Assembly (NCBI RefSeq): GCF_001194135.2
Contig: NC_068992.1
Location: 29,966,672-30,006,946, forward strand
DNA length: 40,275 bases
Direction of reading: 5' to 3'
Source of the DNA: Octopus bimaculoides
Taxonomy: Eukaryota
The notes beneath the pieces are model-generated. The model had not been told where the DNA came from, ran no database searches, and saw only the letters and a list, made by a program, of their open reading frames with translations. The stretch's first letter is position 1. Every line of letters starts with the position of its first letter. Shown here one piece after another: positions 11,153 to 24,345 of the stretch. The position numbers were made by a program, and so were the translations under genes.

Positions 11153-12039
11153 GTATACGTATATATAGACAATATATAAATATTAAGAACATATACACGC
11201 GCGCGCACACCCATGCCCACGCGCACACTCACACGTACAACTATACACAATACACAATCGATGTATTAAGAATCAATAGTAATATCAATAGCTATTCTTT
11301 CTCGTGTGATATATTGACGGTACACAATGCAAAACTGATTTGGCCAATACTTTGCTTGCTCTACTGAACAATAACATTGGCTTTAAATAGGTGTCATAGT
11401 CATTGTTGCCTGTCTATGTTGTTGATTTTGTTGTTGTTATTGTTGTTGGCATTGGTGGTGGAGTTGATGTAGTTTTTTGAGTTTTTATTTCATTTTGTGT
11501 TGATGACTATTATTGATAATTTTCTTCTGTTTTCGGTGTCGTTATCAATGGTTTTTGTGCTCCGGTTCTATTAGTGTCTAATGTTGAACATTTTGTCAAC
11601 TCTTTTCTCTTTGTTGTTGTCTTCGTTGAGCTGAGCTGTTGTTTTCATTCTTACTTTATATGCCAATATATTTTTCTCACTAAATATGGTGCTTTTAATG
11701 CCAACGTGTTGTTGAGGCCTAAGTAAACTCTGAGTAAGCAGATATATGACCAAATGCGATTAATTCCTTAACTATTCAGACATAAATAGGACATACGACA
11801 CTTAGCGTATACAGGATTACACTACACAATTATCCTCCACAATTATCCTTTACTTGTGTAAGTAAAATGTAACTGCAGAGAAATTTGGCTGCCATATCTG
11901 TCAAATCACGGCATAAATTTATCCTGTTTTTTATTTTCATCTTGTTTTTATTCATGGTGTTCACTGTTCTATCCTTAGTTTTGTTTTACAACTTTCTGTT
12001 CGTTCGTTGTCGCTCTGCAAAAGGGTGACATACTTGTAG

Positions 12040-12480
12040 TTGTTGTTGTTGTTGTTGTTGTTGTTCTTCTTCTTCTTCTTCATCTTCTTCTTCTTCTTCA
12101 TTTTCTTCTTCTACTTCTTCATCTTCATGCTCTTCTTCTTCTTCTTCTTCTTCTTCTTCGTCTTCTTCTTCTTCGTGTTCTTCTTCTTCTTCTTCTTCTT
12201 CTTCTTCGTATTCTTCTTCTTCTTCTTCTTCTTCTTCTTCTTCTTCTTCTTCTTCTTCTTCTTCTTCTTCTTCGTGTTCTTCTTCTTCTTCGTGTTCTTC
12301 TTCTTCTTCTTCTTCTTCTTCTTCTTCTTCTTCTTCTTCTTCTTCTTCGTGTTCTTATTCTTCTTCGTATTCTCCTCCTCCTCCTCCTCCTTCTTCTTCT
12401 TCTTCTTCGTGTTCTTCTTCTTCTTCTTCTTCTTCTTCTTCTTCTTCTTCTTCTTCTTCTTCTTCTTCTTCTTTCTTTCA
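12040..12480. repeat. About 420-bp (TTC)n/(GAA)n homopyrimidine tract with GTG/GTA interruptions, preceded by (GTT)n
   Basis: Directly visible; source of the poly-F/K/R ORFs. Confidence 0.97.
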
Positions 12481-12679
12481 CCCATCCACCCATCCAGTAT
12501 TTCTTATCTCTCCCCATTTAATATTTTCCTCCATCATCTGCTAGTTCCTCATCACCGCAGCATCTCCATCACCGCAATCCTACCTTTTCATGCTGCAGCT
12601 GCAATTTTAGTCGATTATTACGCATAATTATCATCATACTCATTAATCAGAGCAGCGCAACCATACTCTCGATGCTGAT

Positions 12680-12994
12680 GTTCATCCTGCTCACGACCGT
12701 CATCACCACAATCACCGCAAATGCCACCACCATTACCACCACCACCCCTTCCTCCTCCCCCTTTTCCCTCCTCATAACCATCATCATCATTATAATGATC
12801 ATCAAGATCTTCATCATCTTCCTTATCATCATCATCATCATCATCATCATCAACAACAACAACAATAGCAAGAACAACAACAACAGTACTATCATTATCA
12901 CCATCATCATCATTACAATTGCCTTCATTATAGTCCATATATGAACATCATTGTTGACATCCTCTTTATGCCATTTCTTCCCTACTTTAAACTT

Positions 12995-13044
<50 letters not shown>

Positions 13045-13090
13045 CCATGATCATCATGATAATAATAATCAGCATCATCATCTTCATTAC
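12680..13090. repeat. Compound (ATC/ACC/AAC)n trinucleotide region
   Basis: Directly visible; source of the poly-D/M/I/H ORFs. Confidence 0.95.
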
Positions 13091-13973
13091 TCCCCTGTGT
13101 TTTGCCGTTCTACACTGTTATTATGCTGTTTTGAATCTTGAATTACTGGTTTGCGTGAGAAGAAATTTAGAGATTAATTAGTACTTATATTGACAAGAAC
13201 ATTCACTTCTAATGAAGTATCGCAAGATATTAGTGTAAAATCAACATATTCATTTCTCACTTCACCATATCTTCATATATTATGATGATGAAAATGATCT
13301 TATTTCTCCTCCTCATCTTCCGTTTCATCATCATTATCGTCGCTAATATAATCCTTATATTTGTTTAATTCTTTTAAAATAATATTTTAAATGTTTATTT
13401 CCTTCTACCCATTATATGTGCAGGAGCGTATGCTTGCGCATACGTGCGTGTTTAACTTTCTCTAGAATTTCTACATCACTGCTTATCTCACCCTCTTCGT
13501 CATCCGACGCTTGTTCTCTCTGCATCTCTCTTTCACATGCTCTCACTCGTTCCACTGCTTCCTTCCAGCGTACTTCATTTGCTGACTCTTATCTTTCAAT
13601 CTCCGTATGCATCTCGGTGGATTTTTTTGCTCAAAATAAAAAAACCTCATTTCTTTTATATTGTTAATCTAAACCGTGAGACAATGATAAGAGAGCCTCG
13701 AGCAGAATACCCAACCCTCTTTTAGTTAGCAATTTCACTATTTACTGTTACTGTATACTGCTAATTTGTTTGTGAAAATGCTATAGGAACTATTACTTTT
13801 CAAAGTCAACAATGTCAAATTGTCATCATTAAACATTTGTATAAGGAAGATTAGAAAACAATTCTCTTCACTTATCGTGCTTACTAAGGGATAAAACTTT
13901 AGAAATTATCTATGTGAAGAGACAGAATTATATGAATGTAAACATAAATAAGTACATACATAAAGACATTTCT

Positions 13974-14011
<38 letters not shown>

Positions 14012-14107
14012 CGCGTGTGTGTGTGTGTGTGTTTGTGTGTGTATGTGCGTGTGCGTGAGTGTGTGTGCGCGTGTGCGTGTGTTTGTGTGTGTATGTATCT
14101 ATAGTTT

Positions 14108-14297
14108 ATTTTTTGTGTTGCAGTCATTTGACTGCGGCCATGCTGGAGCACCGCCGTTAGTAGAACAAATCGACCGAAGGATTTATTCTTTGGAGGCCGT
14201 GTACTTATCCTATCGGTCATTTTTTGCCGAACTGCTACGTTACGGGGACATAAACACATCAACATCGAGGGAGGGGGGACACAGACACAAATATATA
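14108..14297 (-). mobile_element. tRNA-derived SINE, 3' half
   Basis: CAGTCATTTGACTGCGGCCATGCTGGAGCACCGCC...TTACGGGGACATAAACAC is the reverse complement of the 3' half of the copy at 27976-28396. Confidence 0.85.
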
Positions 14298-16420
14298 NNN
14301 NNNNNNNNNNNNNNNNNNNNNNNNNNNNNNNNNNNNNNNNNNNNNNNNNNNNNNNNNNNNNNNNNNNNNNNNNNNNNNNNNNNNNNNNNNNNNNNNNNNN
14401 NNNNNNNNNNNNNNNNNNNNNNNNNNNNNNNNNNNNNNNNNNNNNNNNNNNNNNNNNNNNTTTACTAAGAGGACAATAATAACAATATACAAACACATGC
14501 GAAATATTATGTCATATCAGTAATTAAAAAGTGACATATAGTGACAGTCACTATACAAAAAGACGCAGATATTTAAAAATATAAAATTGTACTGGTCATA
14601 TTTGTACTCGTCAGTAGCTGATGTAAAAACTAAATGAGACGTTCGAAGGACAGATTTTCTCTTATAGATTGCATCTATTTCACGATGCTCTCGTATTAGA
14701 AAAACTCAGCAATAATCATATTGATATCAACCTGAAATTTGCGAGTTCATTATATATGTTCTAATTACACAAATCCAAAATTTAAACATTAAATATATGA
14801 AACATGATATTTGTTGATCACAGATAATATTTACGGATACGTTAGCATTAATTTCATAAGCATTGTAAAAAAAGAAATTAATATTTCGAGCAATGTAACT
14901 GCTGATATAAGTATTGATAATATCATAGACATTTCACTTGATATATATTCGACTAGAGAGTTTCCCTTACATAATGCTTGGTTATCAATGTATGATCATG
15001 CATATTATAGTATCGTTTAATTCACTTTAATTCAGAAACAATGTAACATATATTGTCAATTTGTGGTACAAAATCATTACATATGGCATATTTGTTAAAC
15101 AAACAAACATACTTAATTTGTTTCAAGCGTATATCAGTAACAACGCGTGGATAGCGCTCATCATGTTGATATTTTAAAAAATACATTTCAATAAGTATTG
15201 CAATTTAATGTATCAGAATAATATCTTCTCTAAACGTATGTATTGTATATTAACTTCTACGGAAAATTATTAATTCCCCAATCTGAATGTTTTATTGAAG
15301 TATTTAAAAATAGCCGGAGGCTGAACACCAGAATGATTTAAGTAATAAAGTTAAATGTTCCAGGCAAGGGTTTTATATGGTAGAAAGTGTAAAAATCAAT
15401 GGTTTTTACTCTACAAGTGCAATCGATTCATCTCAGTTATCATATCAAATCCAGTATATATTCATTCTCAGGGTTGCAAATGACACAGAGGGGCAAGAAA
15501 CATATTCTTATATACACAGAATTTATAAGCATATGAAAACGATGAAAGCTAAAGTAAATTTATATAATTAAAACATTCTGCAAAGGTAGTTCGAGCTTAG
15601 AAACATCGGTGCATTTACAATGTTTCATTACAAGTGATATACAGTTCCGTACCATATCTAAAGTTTTTACTGAATATTGCATGTAATAAAATTAAATATT
15701 TTATATTTACGCACAAAATAAATCATGACCTTACATATACACATACTCAGTCACACACATACACGCACACACACACACACAGCCACAAACACACACACAC
15801 ACGCACACACACGCACACATGCGTATATGCGTATGTGTGTCTACTCGCTGACAAAAAAAATATTATATCACATAACAAAGATAGTGTTTAACTGTCCACA
15901 AACTTACTGTTGCATGTGAAATAAACACCTACATTTGTCACAGTAGATGTATACTAATACACACACGCGCACACAGTCGCACACACACGCACACGCACAT
16001 ATATATTTGCGTGTACATATGCATATGCATTTATGCATATGTGTATATATGTACGTAAATTCAAAAACATTTATATGCACACCGTTAAGTGTATGTGTAT
16101 ATGATTGCGAATATACGTATGTATATCTAAATTTGTGCTGAAGTATGTTATTTACAATCTCCATTAGAAATAAATAACTCAGAAACAGACAAGGATTCTG
16201 AATATGTTAAATAGTGTAAATATTTCACATTTTATTGTCACTATAATTGAAAACGATTTGTTTTGTTTTTGCTTCGTAGACTGTTGAATTGAAAATTGTC
16301 GTTCATTCACGCATGAGATTTGAACTAATGGGAAATTAGAAGTTTCAGAAGAATCTAATACACAAGCACACAAACACGTACGCATATGTAGAGAAAATCA
16401 ATACACACCCACATATTTAG

Positions 16421-16467
<47 letters not shown>

Positions 16468-16599
16468 TATATTTATACATATATATATATGTAATTATCC
16501 ATATATATCCATCTATCTATCTATATATATATAAACATACACGCACACAGACACTTATACACACACACATACACACATACACACACACATACACACACA

Positions 16600-16667
<68 letters not shown>

Positions 16668-17509
16668 TACACACGCATATATACCTACATATGTGTATGT
16701 ATTTATATACTTATATATGTGTATGTAACTATGTATGAATATATAAATTTTAGCTTTCTATTACTTAACCATGCAGTTTTAAAATTTTCTGTTTAAGAAA
16801 CCATTCGAAAGTATTGTGAGAGCTTAAAAGAAAATGCTTTCAGGTGATTGCTGTAGTTCTTTGAACTCTAGGTTCAAATCCACCAAACACTAACTTCATA
16901 CCCGTGTGGCTTTGAATTGACAGAATTTTTAGAGATTCAATCTTGACAATTGAGATATATTTTCATTGCATGTGATCTGAGTGTTTTTTAGAAAATGTCT
17001 CAATTCATCAAACATTTTTCTTCGCACTTCCAATCCTTGTGACGTTCTACCTCATTTCCCTCGGCATTCAGTTTATTGTTTCTATGTGAATAATCTTCTT
17101 CCTTTATTTTCACTTGTCTGATGAGCCTCGTTTTAGAAGTCCCCACACTTCCTTGACCGAAACCTAATAATTACTTATGTTCTTCCAAATAATTAAATAA
17201 AACTTTACCATTCACACCATCAAAAGGTAAAAATATCGAAAGGTAAAAATAATAGGTGTTAACTTTACAAATAATTTAGTGATTTTTTACAGTAAAATGC
17301 GCCTCTCGTTCAGGTGTTTACTATGTAAAAAAGTTAAACATATTTTACAAGTTACACCGCTTCAATTGTCTAACAAATGTCGAACAAAAGATGTCTGGCA
17401 GAAGCTGGAAGTAACTACCAATATCAGTTAATCCTACTAGGTAGAAACAACAATTAGTCGCCGCAAAATATATAAAATATTTACCGTCAATTCTAAATTT
17501 TTGCACACA

Positions 17510-17581
<72 letters not shown>

Positions 17582-18200
17582 NNNNNNNNNNNNNNNNNNN
17601 NNNNNNNNNNNNNNNNNNNNNNNNNNNNNNNNNNNNNNNNNNNNNNNNNNNNNNNNNNNNNNNNNNNNNNNNNNNNNNNNNNNNNNNNNNNNNNNNNNNN
17701 NNNNNNNNNNNNNNNNNNNNNNNNNNNNNNNNNNNNNNNNNNNNNNNNNNNNNNNNNNNNNNNNNNNNNNNNNNNNNNNNNNNNNNNNNNNNNNNNNNNN
17801 NNNNNNNNNNNNNNNNNNNNNNNNNNNNNNNNNNNNNNNNNNNNNNNNNNNNNNNNNNNNNNNNNNNNNNNNNNNNNNNNNNNNNNNNNNNNNNNNNNNN
17901 NNNNNNNNNNNNNNNNNNNNNNNNNNNNNNNNNNNNNNNNNNNNNNNNNNNNNNNNNNNNNNNNNNNNNNNNNNNNNNNNNNNNNNNNNNNNNNNNNNNN
18001 NNNNNNNNNNNNNNNNNNNNNNNNNNNNNNNNNNNNNNNNNNNNNNNNNNNNNNNNNNNNNNNNNNNNNNNNNNNNNNNNNNNNNNNNNNNNNNNNNNNN
18101 NNNNNNNNNNNNNNNNNNNNNNNNNNNNNNNNNNNNNNNNNNNNNNNNNNNNNNNNNNNNNNNNNNNNNNNNNNNNNATATATATATATATATACATATA

Positions 18201-18362
18201 TACGACGGGCTTCTTTCAGTTTCCGTCTACCAAATCAACTCACAAGGCTTTGGTCAGCCCGATGTTATAGTAGAAGACACTTGCCCAAGGTGCCACGTAG
18301 TGGGACTGAACCCAGAACCATGTGGTTGGTAAGCAAGCTACTTACCACAGAGTCACTCCTGC
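18201..18362 (-). mobile_element. tRNA-derived SINE, 5' half (body lost in the adjacent gap)
   Basis: Minus strand reads GGAGTGACTCTGTGGTAAGTAGC...GGGTTCAGTCCCACTACGTGGCACCTTGGGCAAG...AAGAAGCCCGTCGTA, homologous to 27976-28133. Confidence 0.88.
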
Positions 18363-18773
18363 TGAGAAATCATTGGAAGGTAGCCATCCAATAAGATTCT
18401 GTTTATGATACACATTCACCATGATAATGCCTCATCACACAAATGATTTGCAAGAAATAAAAGTAATCAGTTAATCACGTGGGTCACGTTTATGTCATCC
18501 ACGTCCCAATAATGAAAGACAGTCATCGTGTACAGTTATTTGATGATGAACACAAAGAGAAAGTGTCTGCCAACAAATAGTACAACAGTGCACATCTCAA
18601 TTTTTGAAGAGGATATCGAATTTACTGGAGGTTATTCATAGACGAGGAGTTACTATACCAACCAGTGGAATTTGTGCAACTTATAGCATATATCATGTTA
18701 CACGCACATTTGCACCACTATCAGGACAAAACTCTTCCATCTATCAGTCTATCTATCTATCTATCTATCTATA

Positions 18774-18813
<40 letters not shown>

Positions 18814-20147
18814 CTTCTTTCTTTCTTTCTTCCTTTCTTTCTTTCCTTCTGTATATATATATGCGTGTGTGTGTGTGCGCGTGCGCGCGCGCATGATGAT
18901 ATTTGAAGTCGTTTATATTGAACTCAGGAAGATCTTATTGTAATGGATGAATTTTCTATGATATATTACGCACACTTGAATGGTATGTATGAAATGATTT
19001 CATATTATTAGTATTTGGTTTGACATCATTATTACAACATACAAGACTTGATGCCAGAACATTCTAGCCGCTCAGGACTCGACTTCTACAGATACCCTAA
19101 CAACGATTTGGAGTTGTTTGTTATACATGAACTGTTTCTGATCTAACAGGAAATATATGCATGCACTTATGTATGTATATGTACATAAGCAAGTACACAT
19201 TTTGTGCGTTTGTGTGTGTGAATATGATACAGTATACGCTACTGGAGTTTTACATTTCTATCGTTCAGTTATTTTTAGACCATGTGTTGAAACTGAAGGA
19301 ATTATATTATGGAGGTACTATCAAATCATTTGATAAAACACAAGACCTGTTAAAATTACTTTTAATTAATTTTATAACGTGTCAAACATTTTTTGTTGTA
19401 CAACTGTGATACAATTACTGATAAATTTCATTGAAATATTGCACTGAAACTGCGTTAGTTAATGTATATATTAAGCCCTCTAACCACCTATTATTCTCTA
19501 TATCCAAGAACTATTTAAGTGCCAAGACGCAGCTTCTAAGCATGCTCTGTTTATTACACAAATACACACAAACTTCTGCGTATTCACGTACTATCACACA
19601 TAAATACTCAGAAATTAAGCATAATTGAAATACCTGTGCACACATACATCATTTCGATTAAGCTATTTTCTATTCAAATTTGAGATCGTATCTTTTAATG
19701 TATAATATCCTCTCGGATTACATTTATTATATATAATCGCCAAGGAACGATGGGAATTAGTAATTACACAACTTCATAATTTTGTTATCGTTCAATTCAT
19801 TTATCAGACAGCATTTATATGATTATAACAAATAGGTTTTAAGTACTTTCTACAGCACTATCGGATTAATATGTTTTATTAATTTATGTACGTGTTCGTA
19901 GCTTTAACTACAAAGTGCACTTGTGTGTAATATAAGTATATATTGCAAATAAGTTTTTAAATATCTCATAACGGACTCATAGAAATAAACACTTTGATAT
20001 AGATATATACACACCAGAATAGTTTTCATTTTTTTTTTTAAATAGCTGTTTATCCTCGTGTGTGTGAGCACGCATATATATTAAATATATATATACATAT
20101 GTGTGTGTATATGCATGTCTAGACACATACATACATACATACATACA

Positions 20148-20183
<36 letters not shown>

Positions 20184-21520
20184 TATATTTATATATATTC
20201 ACTTTTTTCAGGATAACTTGTTTCATTAAAGTTAGAAATGCGTATAACATTCCACCATTGATGGAAGAGCGACTGAAAATCGTAGATTTTGTCGCACCAT
20301 ACTTTGTAAATGAAATGCATACCAGTATTTCGTGAAACTATAGAGTACCAGCGCCCTTTATACCTCGCGCTTGAATGTGTGTTAAAATTACATCATAGTG
20401 CCATCCATGACGGCGTCTCAGGATGCTCTAATGAAATATTGGGGTGTAAAACTGTTTATATNNNNNNNNNNNNNNNNNNNNNNNNNNNNNNNNNNNNNNN
20501 NNNNNNNNNNNNATATATATATATATATATATATATAAGCATATATGTATGTGTGTGTTGTTGTGTGCGTGCATAAGCATGCGTGTGTGCGTATATATAT
20601 ATATATATATACACATACACAGACATAGACGTAGACACACACGCACATAAGCACACGCCCACACACATATCAGTTTTATAGAAGACAAAAGACGGAGATG
20701 ATTTCATCGCAGAAAAATACTTTTCTCAGTGTTGCCCCAGATAGGCCGCAGTTCAATACCTGAAAACAGGGGATATTCTACAAATATACGCAAACACTGA
20801 AGCATATGCATTGTGCTTTTCCTGTTTTGAGCTGTTTGTCATATTTTTGTGACGGGCTGATACGTTCTCTGACTCACCCAGTCAGGTATCGAATCAGCAG
20901 ACTCATTAACATGTCAGACAAAATGAATTGCGGTATTTCTTCTGGTTTTCTACGCTCAGAGTTCGAATTCTGCTAGTATTAATGATGAACTTTCGTTTTT
21001 TTCTTTTCTTTTACTTGTTTCAGTCATTTTATAGAAGACAAAAGACGATGACAGGTGAAGGAACAACAAGCAGGTACTTTATTTTAACGCTCAGGTTGAA
21101 GTAAATGTATTTAGCACTTTCCAGCCACGATCTTCCACAGAAAGGATGAAGAGAAAAGAAGAAAAAAGAAAAAAAAAACGGAGAGAGAAAAAATATGTAG
21201 AGATTAATGGTATATATTCTTTCATTTATTTTATCCAGGCCTTGAGGCTGTGGTCATTATTTTAATTCGTGTGTACAACAGTTAGTATGCCGTTATAAGT
21301 CCCAATTTCACGAGTACGCCACCAGATACATGCAAATAACGAAATATATTATAATCTATATAAGCGAAGATGACTTTATTGAGCTAGGTACGTTTGTAAA
21401 AGTCACCAGACGAGGCACTTCTGCATGGAATGATGCACCCATGATGTACTTACATACAATGGGTCGAAGCGATTGTAGTGATTAATAAAGAATCTCATGA
21501 CATTTGTTTATTCTCTCAAT

Positions 21521-21556
<36 letters not shown>

Positions 21557-21654
21557 GGTTTGAATATGGTACTTATGCGAAGGCACTCGAATATCGCATC
21601 CCAAAAGGATGGGTGATTAAAATCAAACAATAAGCAACACGGATTTCAAAAGTG

Positions 21655-21711
21655 ATTGCAGTACGCACGTTTCATGCTACTTCAATTTATTTAAGTAATG
21701 TGAGCATTACC
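21655..21711 (-). ncRNA. 3' half of a hammerhead ribozyme
   Basis: Minus strand reads ...AAATTGAAGTAGCAT-GAAAC-GTGC-GTA-CTGCA. It has the same GAAACGTGCGTA stem III and cleavage motif as the HHR at 39057-39108. Confidence 0.65.
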
Positions 21712-21727
21712 CATATACCTAGGGCTA

Positions 21728-21769
21728 TAATTCCTCAACATTAATTCCTCAACATTAATTCCTCAACAT
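21728..21769. repeat. Three perfect 14-bp tandem copies of TAATTCCTCAACAT
   Basis: Copies at 21728-21741, 21742-21755 and 21756-21769, at the end of a minus-strand frame that may be a PLE C-terminus (YYQNVEEL). Confidence 0.95.
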
Positions 21770-21930
21770 TTTGATAGTAATAAAATGACCTGATACTACT
21801 ATGACCAGTGAAACCTCTAGATTCTAATACTTTTATAGCCTTGTCCATGCATACTGNNNNNNNNNNTCTCCCACTTGGATTTAATATGTTGCCATAATAT
21901 GTCTTTTTTCTACATTTTCTACATTTTTCG

Positions 21931-22003
21931 TGCAGCTGAAGATTGCTCTTCATATTGCATTTAAGGTAATGCTCACATTACTTAAATAAATTGAAGTAGC
22001 ATG
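21931..22003 (+). ncRNA. 5' part of a hammerhead ribozyme with a long stem II, truncated by a SINE
   Basis: TGCAG-CTGAAGA (21936-21942), then an imperfect ~28-bp hairpin closed by GTAATG-CTCA-CATTAC, ending at the G of GAAA where SINE sequence begins. Its TGCAG pairs with the CTGCA retained in the inverted copy at 21655-21711. Confidence 0.62.
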
Positions 22004-22005
22004 AT

Positions 22006-22220
22006 GGGTTCAGTCCCACTGCGTGTCACCTTGGGCAAGTGTCTTCTACTATACCCTCGTGTCAACCAAAGCCTTGTGAGTGGATTTGGTAGAAGGAAAC
22101 TGGAAGAAGCCCGTCGTATATATATATATATGTATATATATATATGCATATGTATGTGTGTGTATATGCTTGTGTGTCTGTGTTCGTCCCCCCACCCCAA
22201 CATCGCTTTGACAACCGATG
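22006..22220 (+). mobile_element. tRNA-derived SINE fragment, truncated at both ends
   Basis: 213/215 identical by manual comparison to 28021-28235. Confidence 0.9.
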
Positions 22221-22239
22221 TGTTGACTATATATATGTG

Positions 22240-22295
<56 letters not shown>

Positions 22296-22380
22296 CAATT
22301 ATACACAAACACACTGACACACAGACACACACACACACGTACACACACACATATATACATTTAAAAGAAAAAGTGAAGTT

Positions 22381-22655
22381 AAGAGTTTATTAACAACTCG
22401 ATCATTATCATTTTACAACTGTTTCAGTTATACACAGTGAATTAAATATTAAGTTCATATTTCTGAGTATAATCTCTTCAGAGGGAAGAATATACCCTTA
22501 GATGTTTTGTATGTTTGTTTGTAGATTCGTCACAGCAGATTGCTGAAGAGATTATGCTCTGAAATATAAACTTAGTATTTACTTAATTTACTGCGTATAA
22601 TTGAAACAGTTGTAAGGGACAATGATCAAGTTGTTGCTGAAAATAAATTCTTATT
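22381..22655. repeat. About 105-bp imperfect inverted repeat (fold-back) with a ~62-bp spacer
   Basis: Arm 22381-22481 versus arm 22543-22655. Both arms begin at CTGAAGAGATTAT(G/A)CTC(T/A)GAAATAT. Confidence 0.85.
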
Positions 22656-23844
22656 AACTTCATAATATCCATTTTCTTTATCTTCCGTTATATAAATATA
22701 AACTGCAGTTTATATACAAACCCATTATTTTAAGGAAATCAATTCCTTCTAGATATTACGTATTGGATCAGTATTTACTTGGATGACACCAACCCTTCAT
22801 GAGGCTAATATAACCTCTAATTCAATTGTATACATACATACGCACACACATACATATATGAGTATGCGTGTGCGCATTTGAATGGGTGTTTATGTGTGTA
22901 TATGTGTATATTAAAACTACATGAACGGAGGGCATATCTACCTGATCATTATTTATTATTTTATTAGTCTTACTTTTAATACTTAAGTATTGTAAATATA
23001 GTGTGGTACGTATGTGGATGTGTATATGTACGTGTGTGTATGTATGTGTCTGTGTGCATGTGTGTGTGCATATGTGTGTACGCATGTTTGTGTGCACGTG
23101 TTTGTGCGTGTGTATATATACTTATAAAAATTGATTATCAAAAGATGCACGAATTTTCATTGTTCGAAAAGATCATGATATTACGGTTATCTAATCAACT
23201 GTCTGAATGTACATAATTCGGCTGCTTAGGATGTCATGAAACTTAGCAATCTCGTTCATAACGTGTCATGGTAAGAAAATATGCTTGCATACCGCGAACA
23301 GCAGGCGCCAAGCATGACAACTGACACTATGGAAGCATGTGCAAAGAACAGCTGCTAACTCTACAAAAAGCAAAAGAAAAACAAAAAAAAACAGACAAAC
23401 AAAAAAAGCACGCATTTACCGTGTTATATTATTTTAAAGTTAACTACACTAAGGAGTGGCCTGGTTAATTAATTTCAGCGTTACTTATTCTTTCACCTAA
23501 TTAGACTTGATCAAGATGCTCCCACTTCGAATTACAGAAATTAATAAATGAAAATCCACCTAATTAAAATTCATGAGGAGCAACCTTAGTAAAGGGATGG
23601 GAAAACAAAAACAATAGGATCAGAGTAGAACAAAAGAAATAGAGAGAGTGGTCCATATCTTAAAAGAAGAGAGTATTGTCATAAGCAAATAACTGCGCAT
23701 TCTAGACTAATGAAAGTAGTATATATGTAACAGTCAGTGTCAATTTAGAAACATAAATTTATAAATTTATAAAATTTTTCGTTAAATACTGAAATTTATA
23801 GATATCTGTTATTTACTGCTATAAAGTTACGAGTTGTGAGGCCA

Positions 23845-23902
23845 GAAAAGAATCCTTTCTACTATAGGTACAAGGCCAGAAATTTTGAAAGAGGGCGGTG
23901 GC

Positions 23903-23903
<1 letters not shown>
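23845..23903 (+). mobile_element. Fragment of a probable second SINE family running into (TC)n
   Basis: AAAGAATCCTTTCTACTATAGGTACAAGGCCAGAAATTTTG shares the TTCTACTATA core with the main SINE. Confidence 0.45.
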
Positions 23904-23955
<52 letters not shown>

Positions 23956-24111
23956 ATATATATTATCTTTATCTTGTGATATTTACTTTGTTTTATATTA
24001 TACTCATTTATTGTGCTTTTNNNNNNNNNNNNNNNNNNNNNNNNNNNNNNNNNNNNNNNNNNNNNNNNNNNNNNNNNNNNNNNNNNNNNNNNNNNNNNNN
24101 NNNNNNNNNNN

Positions 24112-24146
<35 letters not shown>

Positions 24147-24149
<3 letters not shown>

Positions 24150-24345
24150 TTTTATTCTTTTATTCTTTAACCTTTTTACTTATTTCAGTCATTTGACTGC
24201 GGCCTTGCTGGAGCACCGTCTTTAGTCGAACAAATCGACCCCATTATTCTATTGGTCTCTTTTGTCAATACGTTACGGGCACGTAAACACACGTAATACA
24301 TCGGTTGTCAAGCGATAGTCGGGGGATAAACACAGACACACAAAT
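24147..24345 (-). mobile_element. tRNA-derived SINE, 3' half
   Basis: TTTCAGTCATTTGACTGCGGCCTTGCTGGAGCACCG...CATCGGTTGTCAAGCGATAGTCGGGGGATAAACACAGACAC, homologous to 28190-28396. Confidence 0.85.

Noticed and set aside
12040-13181. Poly-F, poly-K, poly-R, poly-D/M/H ORFs
   Set aside because: Translations of trinucleotide tracts that are open in several frames on both strands.
14565-14625. Minus-strand CTGACGA-GTAC...GTAC hammerhead candidate
   Set aside because: No GAAA after stem II and no convincing stem I or III.
17111-17185. CTGATGA...CGAAAC hammerhead candidate
   Set aside because: Stems I and II do not pair.
21107-21146. Minus-strand CTGTGGAAGA...GAAAG hammerhead-like string
   Set aside because: Non-canonical core and unpaired stems.
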